Of a stretch of DNA of 64,000 bases, positions 1 through 8,737 are shown piece by piece. Numbering within the stretch: the first letter of the stretch is position 1; every line of letters starts with the position of its first letter. A program made the translations under genes and the position numbers. Source of the DNA: Alphaproteobacteria bacterium (GTDB lineage Bacteria; Pseudomonadota; Alphaproteobacteria; Caedimonadales; UBA1908); the NCBI GenBank assembly GCA_021298595.1, contig JAJTHL010000015.1:22299-86298 (forward strand), read 5' to 3'. Under the pieces are notes generated by a model that saw nothing but the letters and a program-made list of their open reading frames with translations, was not told the origin of the DNA and did not search any database.

Positions 1-1
1 A

Positions 2-751
2 AGTTGCGTTTCCGCCTCTTTTGACAACACCCTTGTGATTTTTGATGCTGGCACAGGTATGCGTGATTTGGGACTGTGGCTCAAAAATGAAAAACCCCAC
101 ATAAAAACGATCCATTTATTTTTATCCCACGCACATTACGACCATATTATTGGTTTTCCTTTCTTTGGTCCCATTTGGGACCCATCAGTTCACCTGAACA
201 TTTACACAACCATCATGGGGCCAATGGGGGGGATTCATCACTTTTTTCAACACCATTTATTTCAACCACCATTTTTTCCCGTTCAACTTTCTCAACTTCA
301 AGCAACTTTCACCTTTCACGACATCAGTGATGGAGATCATTTGACGATTCTTCCCCACGTTGGCGTGGATGTTTTTCCTTTGAACCATCCCGGTGGTGCC
401 AGCGGTTTTCGTCTTCAAGTAAATAAAAAGGTGATGTGTTATGTCAGCGATACTGAGCATGAGCCCACCAAAGGGCCTAGTAAGACGATTCTTAACGCGA
501 TCAAAGATGCAGATTTGATTGTCTACGACACCAGTTTTACCGACGAGGAATATGTTCATTTTCAAGGGTGGGGTCACTCAACGTGGCAAGAAGGCGTGCG
601 TCTTTGTCTAGATGCGGGCGTCAAACGCATGGCGCTTTATCACCATGACCCCTCCCACACAGATACGGTCATGGACGCCATCGAGTTAAAAGCACAATCC
701 TTGTTTCCTGGCGCTTTTGTGGCACGTCAAGGCATGACGGTGATTTTGTAA
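2..751 (+). CDS. MBL-fold metallo-hydrolase (5' end cut by window edge)
   Basis: Frame is open from nt 2 with no upstream stop. HxHxDH motif (LSHAHYDHIIG) and later His/Asp ligands (HPGG, DTE, GHS, HHD) are typical of the metallo-beta-lactamase fold. Confidence 0.7.
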   Translation, partial: SCVSASFDNTLVIFDAGTGMRDLGLWLKNEKPHIKTIHLFLSHAHYDHIIGFPFFGPIWDPSVHLNIYTTIMGPMGGIHHFFQHHLFQPPFFPVQLSQLQATFTFHDISDGDHLTILPHVGVDVFPLNHPGGASGFRLQVNKKVMCYVSDTEHEPTKGPSKTILNAIKDADLIVYDTSFTDEEYVHFQGWGHSTWQEGVRLCLDAGVKRMALYHHDPSHTDTVMDAIELKAQSLFPGAFVARQGMTVIL

Positions 752-930
752 GCTAAGACTTTGGCTTTCATGTTTTTTTCTTTTTGGAAAAGGCATGTTC
801 CAATACTACAAAAATCTATCTTTCTTTTTTGTTTCTTTGCCCATTTTCCAAGATTTTGATTGCGTTCAAGCAAGGAATCGTTAGGATGTCGAAGGTACGT
901 GCCTTAAAGAACTTGAAAGGATAAAAAGTC

Positions 931-1860
931 ATGGTTAAATCCTCGTTAAAAGGACTCATGTTGGGAGGCCTTTTGGTAGCTAGCTCTTCTCTTGCACTTG
1001 CCTCAGCAGATCCAAAAACTGTTGTGGCAAAAGTAAACGACGAACAAATTACTAATGCAGATGTGAGTGACGTTCAAAAAGCCCTCCCCCCTCAAATCAT
1101 TCAACAAGCAAAAGATAAGAAGAAGCTCTTTGAAGGTCTGCGTGATCAACTCGTGATTGTGCGCCTTCTTGTTCAAGAAGCTAATAAGGCAGGCATTGAA
1201 AAGGACCCAGACGTTCAAAAACAATTGACTCGTTTGAAGGAGGGCCTTTTGTTCCAAGCTTATTTATCTAAGCAAATTGCCCCACAAATTACTGAGGCTG
1301 CGCTCAAAGCTGCTTACGACAAATATGTAAAGGATTTCCCTAAAGATCTTAAGGAAACAAGGGCGCGTCATATTCTTGTAAAAGATGAGGCTGCAGCTAA
1401 GAACCTTATCAAGCAGCTGCAAGGTGGGGCTGACTTTTTGAAACTGGCGCGGGAAAATTCCATTGACCCAGGTTCCAAAAATGATGGAGGAGACCTTGGA
1501 TTTTTTACTGCTGAAACCATGCTGCCTGCTTTTTCAGAGGCTTCAGATAAACTCAAGCCAGGTGAATTTTCTAAAGAGCCTGTAAAAACTGAATTTGGCT
1601 ATCACGTAATCCGTGTGGAAGATCGCCGCACGCAACGCCCAAAAAGCTTTGATGAAATGAAGCCTGAGTTAGGGGCAAAACTGCAAGACGAAGCAGCCAA
1701 GGCCCTCATTGAAAAACTCAAGGCCGGTGCAAAGATTGCACTCTTTGATGAGCAAGGAAAGCCCGACACGGCGGCCCCTGTTCCAGCACCTGCCACAGCT
1801 GCTGCTGTTGCAGCTGCTGAAGCAACCGCTCCTGTCCCAGCAGCGCCTGCTGCCAAGTAA
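931..1860 (+). CDS. Periplasmic parvulin-type peptidyl-prolyl isomerase (SurA/PrsA-like)
   Basis: Signal peptide (MVKSSLKGLMLGGLLVASSSLALA). Parvulin core ARHILV...GGDLGFF...FGYHVIRVEDRR. Ala/Pro-rich C-terminal tail. Confidence 0.8.
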   Translation: MVKSSLKGLMLGGLLVASSSLALASADPKTVVAKVNDEQITNADVSDVQKALPPQIIQQAKDKKKLFEGLRDQLVIVRLLVQEANKAGIEKDPDVQKQLTRLKEGLLFQAYLSKQIAPQITEAALKAAYDKYVKDFPKDLKETRARHILVKDEAAAKNLIKQLQGGADFLKLARENSIDPGSKNDGGDLGFFTAETMLPAFSEASDKLKPGEFSKEPVKTEFGYHVIRVEDRRTQRPKSFDEMKPELGAKLQDEAAKALIEKLKAGAKIALFDEQGKPDTAAPVPAPATAAAVAAAEATAPVPAAPAAK

Positions 1861-1875
1861 GCTCTGTCTTTGCAG

Positions 1876-1907
1876 AAAAAAGGGTCTCCGTTTCGAGACC
1901 CTTTTTT
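1876..1907. terminator. Bidirectional rho-independent terminator
   Basis: Perfect 13-bp stem AAAAAAGGGTCTC / GAGACCCTTTTTT with a 6-nt loop. A-run and T-run flank it, and it lies between convergent stops at 1860 and 1923. Confidence 0.7.
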
Positions 1908-1922
1908 GTTTTCAAGCCCTTT

Positions 1923-3212
1923 CTATAAAGACCACGCTGTTTTAGGGGCGTACCTCTCCTTTAACAGCAGCTCAGTCACCGCCCAAACCAAAGCGTCCAG
2001 ACGATCAGGTGAGGGATCACCCGGTTGGTACTCACACAGTTGACGCTCAAGCTGACCCAGTGACCGCCCCGTGTGAAAAACACGGCCCTGGATATATAGA
2101 TTTGCAACAGGTTCTGCCCGCGTGAGTTTGCCCCGTGTGGCACGGACAGCCTTGTAGGGGATTGTATGATCATGGCTGCGCAGCATCTGCTCGACCAAAT
2201 CTCCCCCCTGATTCACCTCTGCAATGAGGTGGTCCGCCCCGTAGTGATGAAAGGCAGCAATTGCCTTAGTGGCCCACTCGTGGGGTTTGTAGCGGCCACT
2301 GACATCATCAAGAACATAGGCGCGTCCCTGCGCATCTTTGCCCGCAACAATGATCCCGGTCTCGTCGCTATTTTTGTGACTTGTCACCGCTGGATCCACA
2401 GCCACGACCACTCTGACAAGGGCAGGCGGCACTTCTTGATAACACCGACGAAGGGTTGACGCTGTCCATAAGCTGTCTTGAGAGTCCTCCACAAGCTCTC
2501 CGTACAGTTCCTGGGCCCCAAGCCGTGTATGAGCATATCTTTTTTTAATTTCTGTGAGAAAGCTTCCCGATAAGTGCGCGGCATTATCAAAAGTTGATCC
2601 TCTTGTAATTAAAATATCTTTTGTCTTACTTGCCAAAAGATCTTTTATTAGCGGCGTTGGTCTTGGTGTGGTCGTGACAATCACCCGTGGATGAGGTCCT
2701 TTTCTTAAAGAGAACATGAGTTGATCCCAAACCTCTTGAGGTCTTGTACACTTCGCAAGCTCATCCACCCAAGCTGCATCAAACTGTGGACCACGCAGTT
2801 GGGCAGGCCGCTCCCCACTAAAAAGGCTTGCTTTAGCGCCATTTTTCCATATGACAAGACCTCGTGATGGATAGAAGCGGGGGGCTTGGTGAGCGGGATG
2901 AACTTCAAGTAGGCCACTTTCACCTTCTAACATCACACGTCTGACGTCATTTAATGTGTGACCGATCAGGGCGACATGTTTTGCTTGTCCTGACATCACC
3001 CACTCTCTTACGGTTTCCGCTCCTGTTCTTGTTTTTCCAAACCCACGCCCCGCTAGAATGAGCCATACTTTCCAGGGTCCCTCTGGGATCCTCTGATTCG
3101 GCCGGGCGGTCCGGTGCCAGTTGTAGTCTTGCTCTGCCATGCGGCGACGCAAATATTCTTGGCGAATCATTTCTCTTAGTTCTTTTTTTTGACTATCAAA
3201 GTCCATGGTCAT
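1923..3212 (-). CDS. Phage/GTA-type terminase large subunit
   Basis: Intact 429-aa ORF. Walker A-like WLILAGRGFGKTRTGAE, Walker B-like AAWVDELAKC, and a C-terminal RNaseH-like nuclease part (VVAVDPAVT...GIIVAGKD). From memory it resembles RcGTA g2 / Terminase_6 proteins. Confidence 0.75.
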   Translation of the reverse strand: MTMDFDSQKKELREMIRQEYLRRRMAEQDYNWHRTARPNQRIPEGPWKVWLILAGRGFGKTRTGAETVREWVMSGQAKHVALIGHTLNDVRRVMLEGESGLLEVHPAHQAPRFYPSRGLVIWKNGAKASLFSGERPAQLRGPQFDAAWVDELAKCTRPQEVWDQLMFSLRKGPHPRVIVTTTPRPTPLIKDLLASKTKDILITRGSTFDNAAHLSGSFLTEIKKRYAHTRLGAQELYGELVEDSQDSLWTASTLRRCYQEVPPALVRVVVAVDPAVTSHKNSDETGIIVAGKDAQGRAYVLDDVSGRYKPHEWATKAIAAFHHYGADHLIAEVNQGGDLVEQMLRSHDHTIPYKAVRATRGKLTRAEPVANLYIQGRVFHTGRSLGQLERQLCEYQPGDPSPDRLDALVWAVTELLLKERYAPKTAWSL

Positions 3213-3259
3213 CCTCCTATTTGAGGATCAGTATGACCAATAGCCCTTTTATTTAGTTA

Positions 3260-4239
3260 TTAAGAAGAGGGATGATTTTTTTTTTCAATCTTTTCATCCA
3301 CTGGCACGTAGCCTAACCTTTTCGCTGTCTCATCACCCTCAAGAATCATCCACTTAAAAAGTTGGGTAATCTCTTGACCGCGTGGGTGCTTTTTTTCATA
3401 TAGCCCATAAAAAACCATGATGATTGGCCATTCTGTATCGTGGGCATGCTCGGGGATTTTTTCTTCGTCGAGGGTATGGTGAACAAGTGATTGACTAAAC
3501 ACTTGATATTTTGGTGAGATGAATTTGCTGTCACCATTATCGAGGCTGACCATAAAAAGCGATCCTTTTTTTTGCACTCGCGTAATCTGCGTAGGTAATG
3601 GCTCCCGGGGTACGAGAAAAACGATCCAACAATTCAGCTTTACCCTTGACCCCTTGACCCACTGGCCACTTAACCATAACTTCTGAGCCAATTGTTTGTT
3701 GCCACTGCCTACTTGCTTTGGCCAAATATGACGCAAAGTACTTTGTGCTCCCCGATGAATCTTCTCTATACATCACGGTGATCTCCAAGTTGGGAAGAGT
3801 CTGTGTGGGATTCAGGTCCAAGATTTTTTGGTCGTTCCATTTCGTAACCTTGCCCAAATAAATCTCCGTCAACACGTTTGCAGACAGCTTTAAATCACTC
3901 ACCTGCTTTAAATTCGCCACAACCATGATTCCTGTAAGGGCCATGGGAAACTGGACAACGTGGCTTTTTTGAACTTGGTCTGACGTTAGAGGTAAATCCG
4001 TGACAGCATAATCAAAGTCCCCCTTTTGAAGCTGAATAATCCCCGCACCAGATCCAGATGGTTCGTAGGTAATCTTTAAATCAGAATGCCCCTTGAATTC
4101 TTTGAGCCATTCGTGCATCAAATTCTCAAAGACTCGTGATCCTCCCCCTTTGAGGGTCACACTTCCTTGGCTATGAGAGAAGACCTCTCCCACCATGCAA
4201 AGGAAAAGAAAAAAGGCCCTGCCACATTACTTTTTCCAT
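3260..4239 (-). pseudogene. pstS: Frameshifted phosphate ABC substrate-binding protein PstS
   Basis: Two overlapping frames (3537-4196 and 3260-3736) together read as one PstS: SGSGAGI, GAITYADYASAKK then GSLFMVSLDNG, WPIIMVFYGLY, LGYVPV. The frame changes at a coding-strand A8 run (+ strand T8, 3566-3573). A signal-peptide-like N-terminus from ATG 4239 is out of frame across a T6 run (+ strand A6, 4209-4214). Confidence 0.6.
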
Positions 4240-4308
4240 TTATACTTTTTTCTATTTTAGGGCATCCAAATAAAAAAATGAAGGGGGCACCCCCCTCATT
4301 TAAATGAC

Positions 4309-4722
4309 TTACTTGTATAAAGAAAATCTTTTCGTCAAAAGACTTACCTCATCCCATGGGCCAAAAATCACGGCGCCGTAATAAGTAAGGTTACTTTCCT
4401 CTTGTTCTTTTGTTCGCGCAAGCTGCTCGAGATACGTGCCTCCTGTCATTGTCTCGACAAACACATCGTAAACCATCTGTTGTTCTCTTGCCCCCTTGAC
4501 AGCTTTACGAATTTCGCTGCTTTTTCCTCGCAATATCATGAAAGGCATCTGTGAAATGTAGGGGAAACTCACGCCGTCCCGGGTCTCATAGGTGTCAAAT
4601 CTCAACATCTCTTTTTCGACCTGACTTCCAAGACCCAATGTCATGTGTGCAAGGGCATTCATGGCGACTCCTGTATCGATCTCTTTATTGAGAACGGCCA
4701 CAAGTTTATACGTAAACGACAT
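4309..4722 (-). CDS. DUF2000-family protein
   Basis: 137 aa. The pattern KLVAVLNKEIDTGVAMNALAHMTLGLG ... YYGAVIFGPWDEVSLLTKRFSLYK matches my recollection of DUF2000. Confidence 0.55.
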   Translation of the reverse strand: MSFTYKLVAVLNKEIDTGVAMNALAHMTLGLGSQVEKEMLRFDTYETRDGVSFPYISQMPFMILRGKSSEIRKAVKGAREQQMVYDVFVETMTGGTYLEQLARTKEQEESNLTYYGAVIFGPWDEVSLLTKRFSLYK

Positions 4723-5941
4723 CTAAGGTCTCCTTTTGTGATTTCATCTTTTTTGCTTCTTCATAGGTCATCACCGCAAAGCCTACAGCGCCTACGGCAA
4801 GTGTAGCCGGAATAACCCCCATACCGTACAAAAAGGCTTCTTGTGAGGCAACACCGCCAAAGGCGTTCACCACCATCCCAATCACACTGTGGAAAGCTGA
4901 ACCAAACAACATGATAATCATATTGGCAACCGCCGTTGTAAGACCAGCTACACTTTCAGGTACATAGGTCGAGGCTTTATAGATGGCAATAATTTGATAA
5001 GCACAGCAGACCCCCACCATGGTAAAGCTGATGGCCATGGTGCTCATCTCCATATGCCCCGACATTAACCAAGAAAAGGCCGCAAACATTACCACACCTG
5101 AACCGCAAATAGCTGCCATATAACGACCTGACTTTTCTGCAATAAAGCTTAAGACAGGCGCACCAAAACACATGCCGACATAAACAAGTGAGGTCAAATA
5201 ACTGGCCGTGGTGGCGTCCAGGTTATAGATTTTTTTCAAAAATTCAGCGCCCCATACATCAGCAAAACCTTCCAAAGGACCCAACATAATGCCTGCACAC
5301 AAACAAACAACCCAAACTTTGCGGTTGGTCATGACCGTTTTGATTTGCTTCATGACAGGAGGCTGCACTGACTTTGGTTGTTCTGGCACCACAAGGTAGG
5401 TGATCAAGGCTAACCCAATTCCCATGACGCATAAGATTTCAATCACGTTTTGATATCCCATGCTGTCACACAAGCTTTTGACAGGACCACCACCGTATAT
5501 CGCCCCCATTAACCCAATGGTGACCGAAAGGCTTAGCATGCGTGTGAATTGCTTTTCTTGAAAGACCATGCGGATAATTTTGAAGGTTCCCAAGATCGCC
5601 GCTGATGAACCAATGCCGATGAATAGTCTGCCCACAATGGGAAAGGCGGCGTGCTCTGCCCACAATAGCGGCGACATCCCCACAACGGTCAAAAGGATGC
5701 AGCCCGTCATGACTTTTCTGGGCCCAAATCGGTCCAGCATCAACCCAATGGGCAAATGAAGAAACGCATAACCCATATAATAAAAACTGGCAAACTGCCC
5801 GAAAACAGCCGCGTCCATCTGAAACGATTCCATGATGTCCGTTAACATAATGTTGGGCATCACACGCAAAACATATTGATAGGCATAGAAAATAGACGCC
5901 GTCATCCACATAATCCATGCCACTAACCTTACTCTAGACAT
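4706..5941 (-). CDS. MFS transporter
   Basis: 411 aa with about 12 hydrophobic segments. MFS loop motif LDRFGPRKV between TM2 and TM3. Overlaps the downstream gene by 17 nt. Confidence 0.75.
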   Translation of the reverse strand: MSRVRLVAWIMWMTASIFYAYQYVLRVMPNIMLTDIMESFQMDAAVFGQFASFYYMGYAFLHLPIGLMLDRFGPRKVMTGCILLTVVGMSPLLWAEHAAFPIVGRLFIGIGSSAAILGTFKIIRMVFQEKQFTRMLSLSVTIGLMGAIYGGGPVKSLCDSMGYQNVIEILCVMGIGLALITYLVVPEQPKSVQPPVMKQIKTVMTNRKVWVVCLCAGIMLGPLEGFADVWGAEFLKKIYNLDATTASYLTSLVYVGMCFGAPVLSFIAEKSGRYMAAICGSGVVMFAAFSWLMSGHMEMSTMAISFTMVGVCCAYQIIAIYKASTYVPESVAGLTTAVANMIIMLFGSAFHSVIGMVVNAFGGVASQEAFLYGMGVIPATLAVGAVGFAVMTYEEAKKMKSQKETLDVVYV

Positions 5942-6184
5942 AGGTCACCTTATAAAAAAGATCATAAAAACACCGCCCTTAACGGGAGGTTTCAAAAAAC
6001 AACAAAGGAAAAAATTAAGAATGCTCCGCCTTAGCGGAGGAGAAGGAGACCGCGAAGAGAAATCAGCAAGGAAACTTGATGCTGGTCCAAAGTACAAAAG
6101 AGTTATCGTTCACACACAAAAAAGATATCATATACGAACGGACATTTGTCAAGTAATTTGTCACAAAAAGATGAGGTGGGATTT

Positions 6185-6270
6185 TGGTGCCCCCGGGGAG
6201 ACTCGAACTCCCACAGTCAAAAACCAACAGATTTTGAGTCTGCCGCGTCTACCAATTCCGCCACAGGGGC
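6185..6270 (-). tRNA. tRNA-Leu (anticodon CAA)
   Basis: The reverse complement GCCCCTGTGGCGGAATTGGTAGACGCGGCAGACTCAAAATCTGTTGGTTTTTGACTGTGGGAGTTCGAGTCTCCCCGGGGGCACCA folds as a cloverleaf. It has a long variable arm, the anticodon loop CTCAAAA and an encoded CCA. Confidence 0.9.
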
Positions 6271-6501
6271 CTGTCCCTATTCATTAACCTTCCAGGGCGC
6301 CCCCGTCAATGTAAAAATAGCGCGCCTCCCCCTTATCGCTGTTTTTCACGTCACACAAACAATCCATGGGCGCTTTTTATATCCTTTCACTGAGAATAAC
6401 TAAACGGGACCATTTGACTCAAGATTTTCCATTGGACTCACCTCTTGAAAAAAGATAAAGTTTACGGGTTACTAGATTAGTTCCATATGGGAGGAATAAA
6501 A

Positions 6502-6837
6502 ATGAACTATCGCGTACTTTTAACATTTATTGGCGCAGGAATTTTAGCATCCGGTGTCAGCGCTTCTCTTGACGGCGAAGGTCGCCGCGGTCATGATGAA
6601 CATACAAGCGAACTTTCCGGTCAATATGATCCAAGGGGTCCCTTTCCCACAGAAGACGGTGCCACCATCAACGAAACTCCAGACTCCGTTGAGCGCGGCC
6701 CCCATGAACACAAAGGTGTTGGCAGTGCCCATCATAAGATGAAGCACGCAGATCCAGAGCATAAGTCTGACCACACGATGAAGCACGTAGATCCAGAGCA
6801 TAAGTCTGACCATATGAAAGCCGAAGAAAAAAAGTAA
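6502..6837 (+). CDS. Small secreted His-rich repeat protein (hypothetical)
   Basis: GGAGG lies 7 nt before ATG 6502. Signal peptide MNYRVLLTFIGAGILASGVSA. C-terminal H/K/D/E-rich tandem unit MKH(A/V)DPEHKSDH. Confidence 0.5.
   Translation: MNYRVLLTFIGAGILASGVSASLDGEGRRGHDEHTSELSGQYDPRGPFPTEDGATINETPDSVERGPHEHKGVGSAHHKMKHADPEHKSDHTMKHVDPEHKSDHMKAEEKK
6739..6816 (+). repeat. 2 x 39-bp in-frame tandem repeat
   Basis: ATGAAGCACGCAGATCCAGAGCATAAGTCTGACCACACG is followed by ATGAAGCACGTAGATCCAGAGCATAAGTCTGACCATATG, with 3 mismatches by eye. Confidence 0.9.
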
Positions 6838-6846
6838 ACGCTTTTC

Positions 6847-6882
6847 CTAGACTAAGGGGAAAATACTTTCCCCTTAGTCTAG
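6847..6882. terminator. Bidirectional terminator hairpin
   Basis: 14-bp perfect stem CTAGACTAAGGGGA / TCCCCTTAGTCTAG with an 8-nt loop and a T-rich 3' flank. It lies between convergent genes and overlaps the stop codon of the minus-strand gene. Confidence 0.7.
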
Positions 6883-7395
6883 TTTCTTCCACAACTGACA
6901 AAAGGACGCCACTTCATGACGAGAAGTTAGGCGATTTTTTTTACCCTGAAACTTCTCAAACAACCCAAGATGATACCCACGTGCCGTGGACCCCTCGCGT
7001 GTTTCATAGGCGGCCGCCCATGTTTTAAGATCCTCAAGGGCCTTTTCCCTTACGTGAATTTCTGTCAGGACCTCGTCAAATTGTGGCCCCCTTTGCGTGA
7101 GATTCTCAAGACACTGCGCGAGCGGTATATCCAGCCACACAAGATGGGTCGCGCGAGGGGCGCAAAGGTCTGCCATCCACCCAAAGACACCCTCTATCAC
7201 CCAGTTACTTTCTTGAATTAATTGCGCGCACGCAGCTTCTATCTCATTTTTAGGGTGTTTTTGTGCAAAGTGTCCTGGTTGCCAAAACAGCGTGTCCATG
7301 GGATAGAAAGGGATCTGAGCCGTGCGGGCAAGGGCCTTCCCAAGCCATGTTTTGCCAGCGCCACTATTGCCAATGATAAGAACCCGGTGACTCAC
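6874..7395 (-). CDS. P-loop NTPase, adenylate-kinase/topology-modulation (FlaR)-like
   Basis: N-terminal Walker A VLIIGNSGAGKTWLGKALA. The ~170-aa size is typical of small nucleotide kinases. Confidence 0.6.
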   Translation of the reverse strand: MSHRVLIIGNSGAGKTWLGKALARTAQIPFYPMDTLFWQPGHFAQKHPKNEIEAACAQLIQESNWVIEGVFGWMADLCAPRATHLVWLDIPLAQCLENLTQRGPQFDEVLTEIHVREKALEDLKTWAAAYETREGSTARGYHLGLFEKFQGKKNRLTSRHEVASFCQLWKKLD

Positions 7396-7453
7396 TGCGC
7401 GCTCCCAAAAATCTCACGCTTCTTTCATACACCAAGTGAGAGAAAAAGAACCC

Positions 7454-8008
7454 TTAAAAGGGTTTGAGAAGCGTCCCAAAGGATTGCTTGTTCAACACTC
7501 CAAGGTGAAGGGTTTTCTCTGCCCGCTCCCCTTGCGAGAAGTGATAACTATGATCAAACTGCCATTTTTCTTGCAGGCAGATTTTTTGATCACTTCCTTC
7601 TTCACTAAGCGTTAAATAGACAGCAATATCAAAAAGATCCGATGCCTTGGCAAGCTCATCTCGCAGTAAACCATAAAACCAATAATCATGTTGAGGCGTG
7701 TGGTTGTGTGGTTTTTGATCTCGGCTTAAAAACACAAAGCTACACTCCCACACACTTTTGTCGTGAAACTTTGCACCGCGCTTTGTCAATAGCTCTCCTG
7801 ACTGGGTCGGTGTTGTGGTGGGACTAAGGCGCGCACTCCCAAAAAAACCCCGTACCTTATCCTCATAAATCAGATAAACCGCGTGCTCATGATCAAATGC
7901 GCTTTTATGGCCATTAGTAAACAGCGCATCACGGCGTATGAACATTTCATCCAAAAGCCTTTGATGCATTTTTCTATTTTGAGGGGTCACAACCGTGAAC
8001 ATAGCCAC
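7454..8008 (-). CDS. Divergent LuxI/autoinducer-synthase-like (GNAT-fold) protein, tentative
   Basis: By eye, EMFIRRDALF, FDHEHAVYLIY, GSARLSPTTTPT and VWECSF align with the LuxI-family blocks RxxxF, DxyD..YLl, vRLlPTtgPt and wExSRf. The canonical Trp and the Arg of ESSR are missing. Confidence 0.35.
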   Translation of the reverse strand: MAMFTVVTPQNRKMHQRLLDEMFIRRDALFTNGHKSAFDHEHAVYLIYEDKVRGFFGSARLSPTTTPTQSGELLTKRGAKFHDKSVWECSFVFLSRDQKPHNHTPQHDYWFYGLLRDELAKASDLFDIAVYLTLSEEGSDQKICLQEKWQFDHSYHFSQGERAEKTLHLGVLNKQSFGTLLKPF

Positions 8009-8199
8009 CTTGTTGGAAAATCGTTTTTTATATATTATTTTTTTTAATATCTGAAGTGATGGCTTGTCAACAAAATAATGTCTTTTCGCCCCCTGCTGTT
8101 TTCTTATGTCATTTTTAGAGTTAATGACGATTATCTTTTCCTTTTACGAGTAACCTCATAAAATCTATAATTAAGTATGTATAGGCACCCTCTCAAATA

Positions 8200-8730
8200 A
8201 TGAAAAATCTTTTTTTTATTTCTTTTGAACTCTTTGCTTGTGTGATCATCACTAACCAAATACGAGCAACCCCCTATTCAGGCCTCAGCCGTCCTTTTTG
8301 TGAAGCATATCTTGAAAAAATCGATGCAAGCGCTTCTGCTAATCTCTCCTCATCCTTTGATCAAGAGGGGCATGAAGTAGCGCCTGCAGATCTGCCAACC
8401 CAAGATAAATCTGAGGCAGTAGACGCCGACGGCAATCCTCTTACGCCCGCAGATCTTCAAGACGCGCCTGCCCTAATAACGCGTGAGACACTTTCTTTCC
8501 CTATCTACTTCGATTTAAAAAAATACAGAAATTCAAATATTTTTGACGGAGACAACACTTTAGATCATTCAAGACCACCTGTTTTCTTTGACAAAATGGC
8601 ACTAGGACGTATAACCATAAACCCAGATGGAAAACTAACGTTTGAAGGCCAAGCTTTGACTCCAGACGACGAACAACTTTTTGAAAAGGATTGTCGTCAA
8701 CTTTTGGCTAAACACGCTCCCGAACATTGA
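8200..8730 (+). CDS. Hypothetical secreted protein
   Basis: N-terminal hydrophobic signal-like segment and an acidic Pro/Asp-rich middle. I recognise no family. Confidence 0.4.
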   Translation: MKNLFFISFELFACVIITNQIRATPYSGLSRPFCEAYLEKIDASASANLSSSFDQEGHEVAPADLPTQDKSEAVDADGNPLTPADLQDAPALITRETLSFPIYFDLKKYRNSNIFDGDNTLDHSRPPVFFDKMALGRITINPDGKLTFEGQALTPDDEQLFEKDCRQLLAKHAPEH

Positions 8731-8737
8731 GGACACC

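Noticed and set aside
18-35. The window start (CTTTTGACAACACCCTTG, 18-35) and the window end (CTTTTGACAACACCTTTG, 63982-63999) are identical at 17 of 18 positions. Both encode FDNT in frame. This hinted at a circular or overlapping contig or a repeat at both edges.
   Set aside because: The sequences on either side of the match are unrelated: one is an MBL hydrolase N-terminus and the other is the flagellin mid-region. Most of the match is explained by the same four codons in the preferred usage. A few exact 14-mer repeats are expected by chance in 64 kb. I cannot evaluate this further without the flanking sequence.
719-734. A TGGCACG motif near the end of the MBL gene looked like a possible sigma-54 -24 element.
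   Set aside because: The downstream GC is not at the -12 spacing (TGGCACGTCAAGGCAT). The site is inside a coding region with no gene to serve.
6021-6403. ORFs 6021-6287 and 6146-6403 overlap the tRNA-Leu locus. ORF 52687-52962 overlaps tRNA-Ser.
   Set aside because: They run straight through well-formed tRNA genes and have no RBS or family resemblance, so I treat them as spurious.
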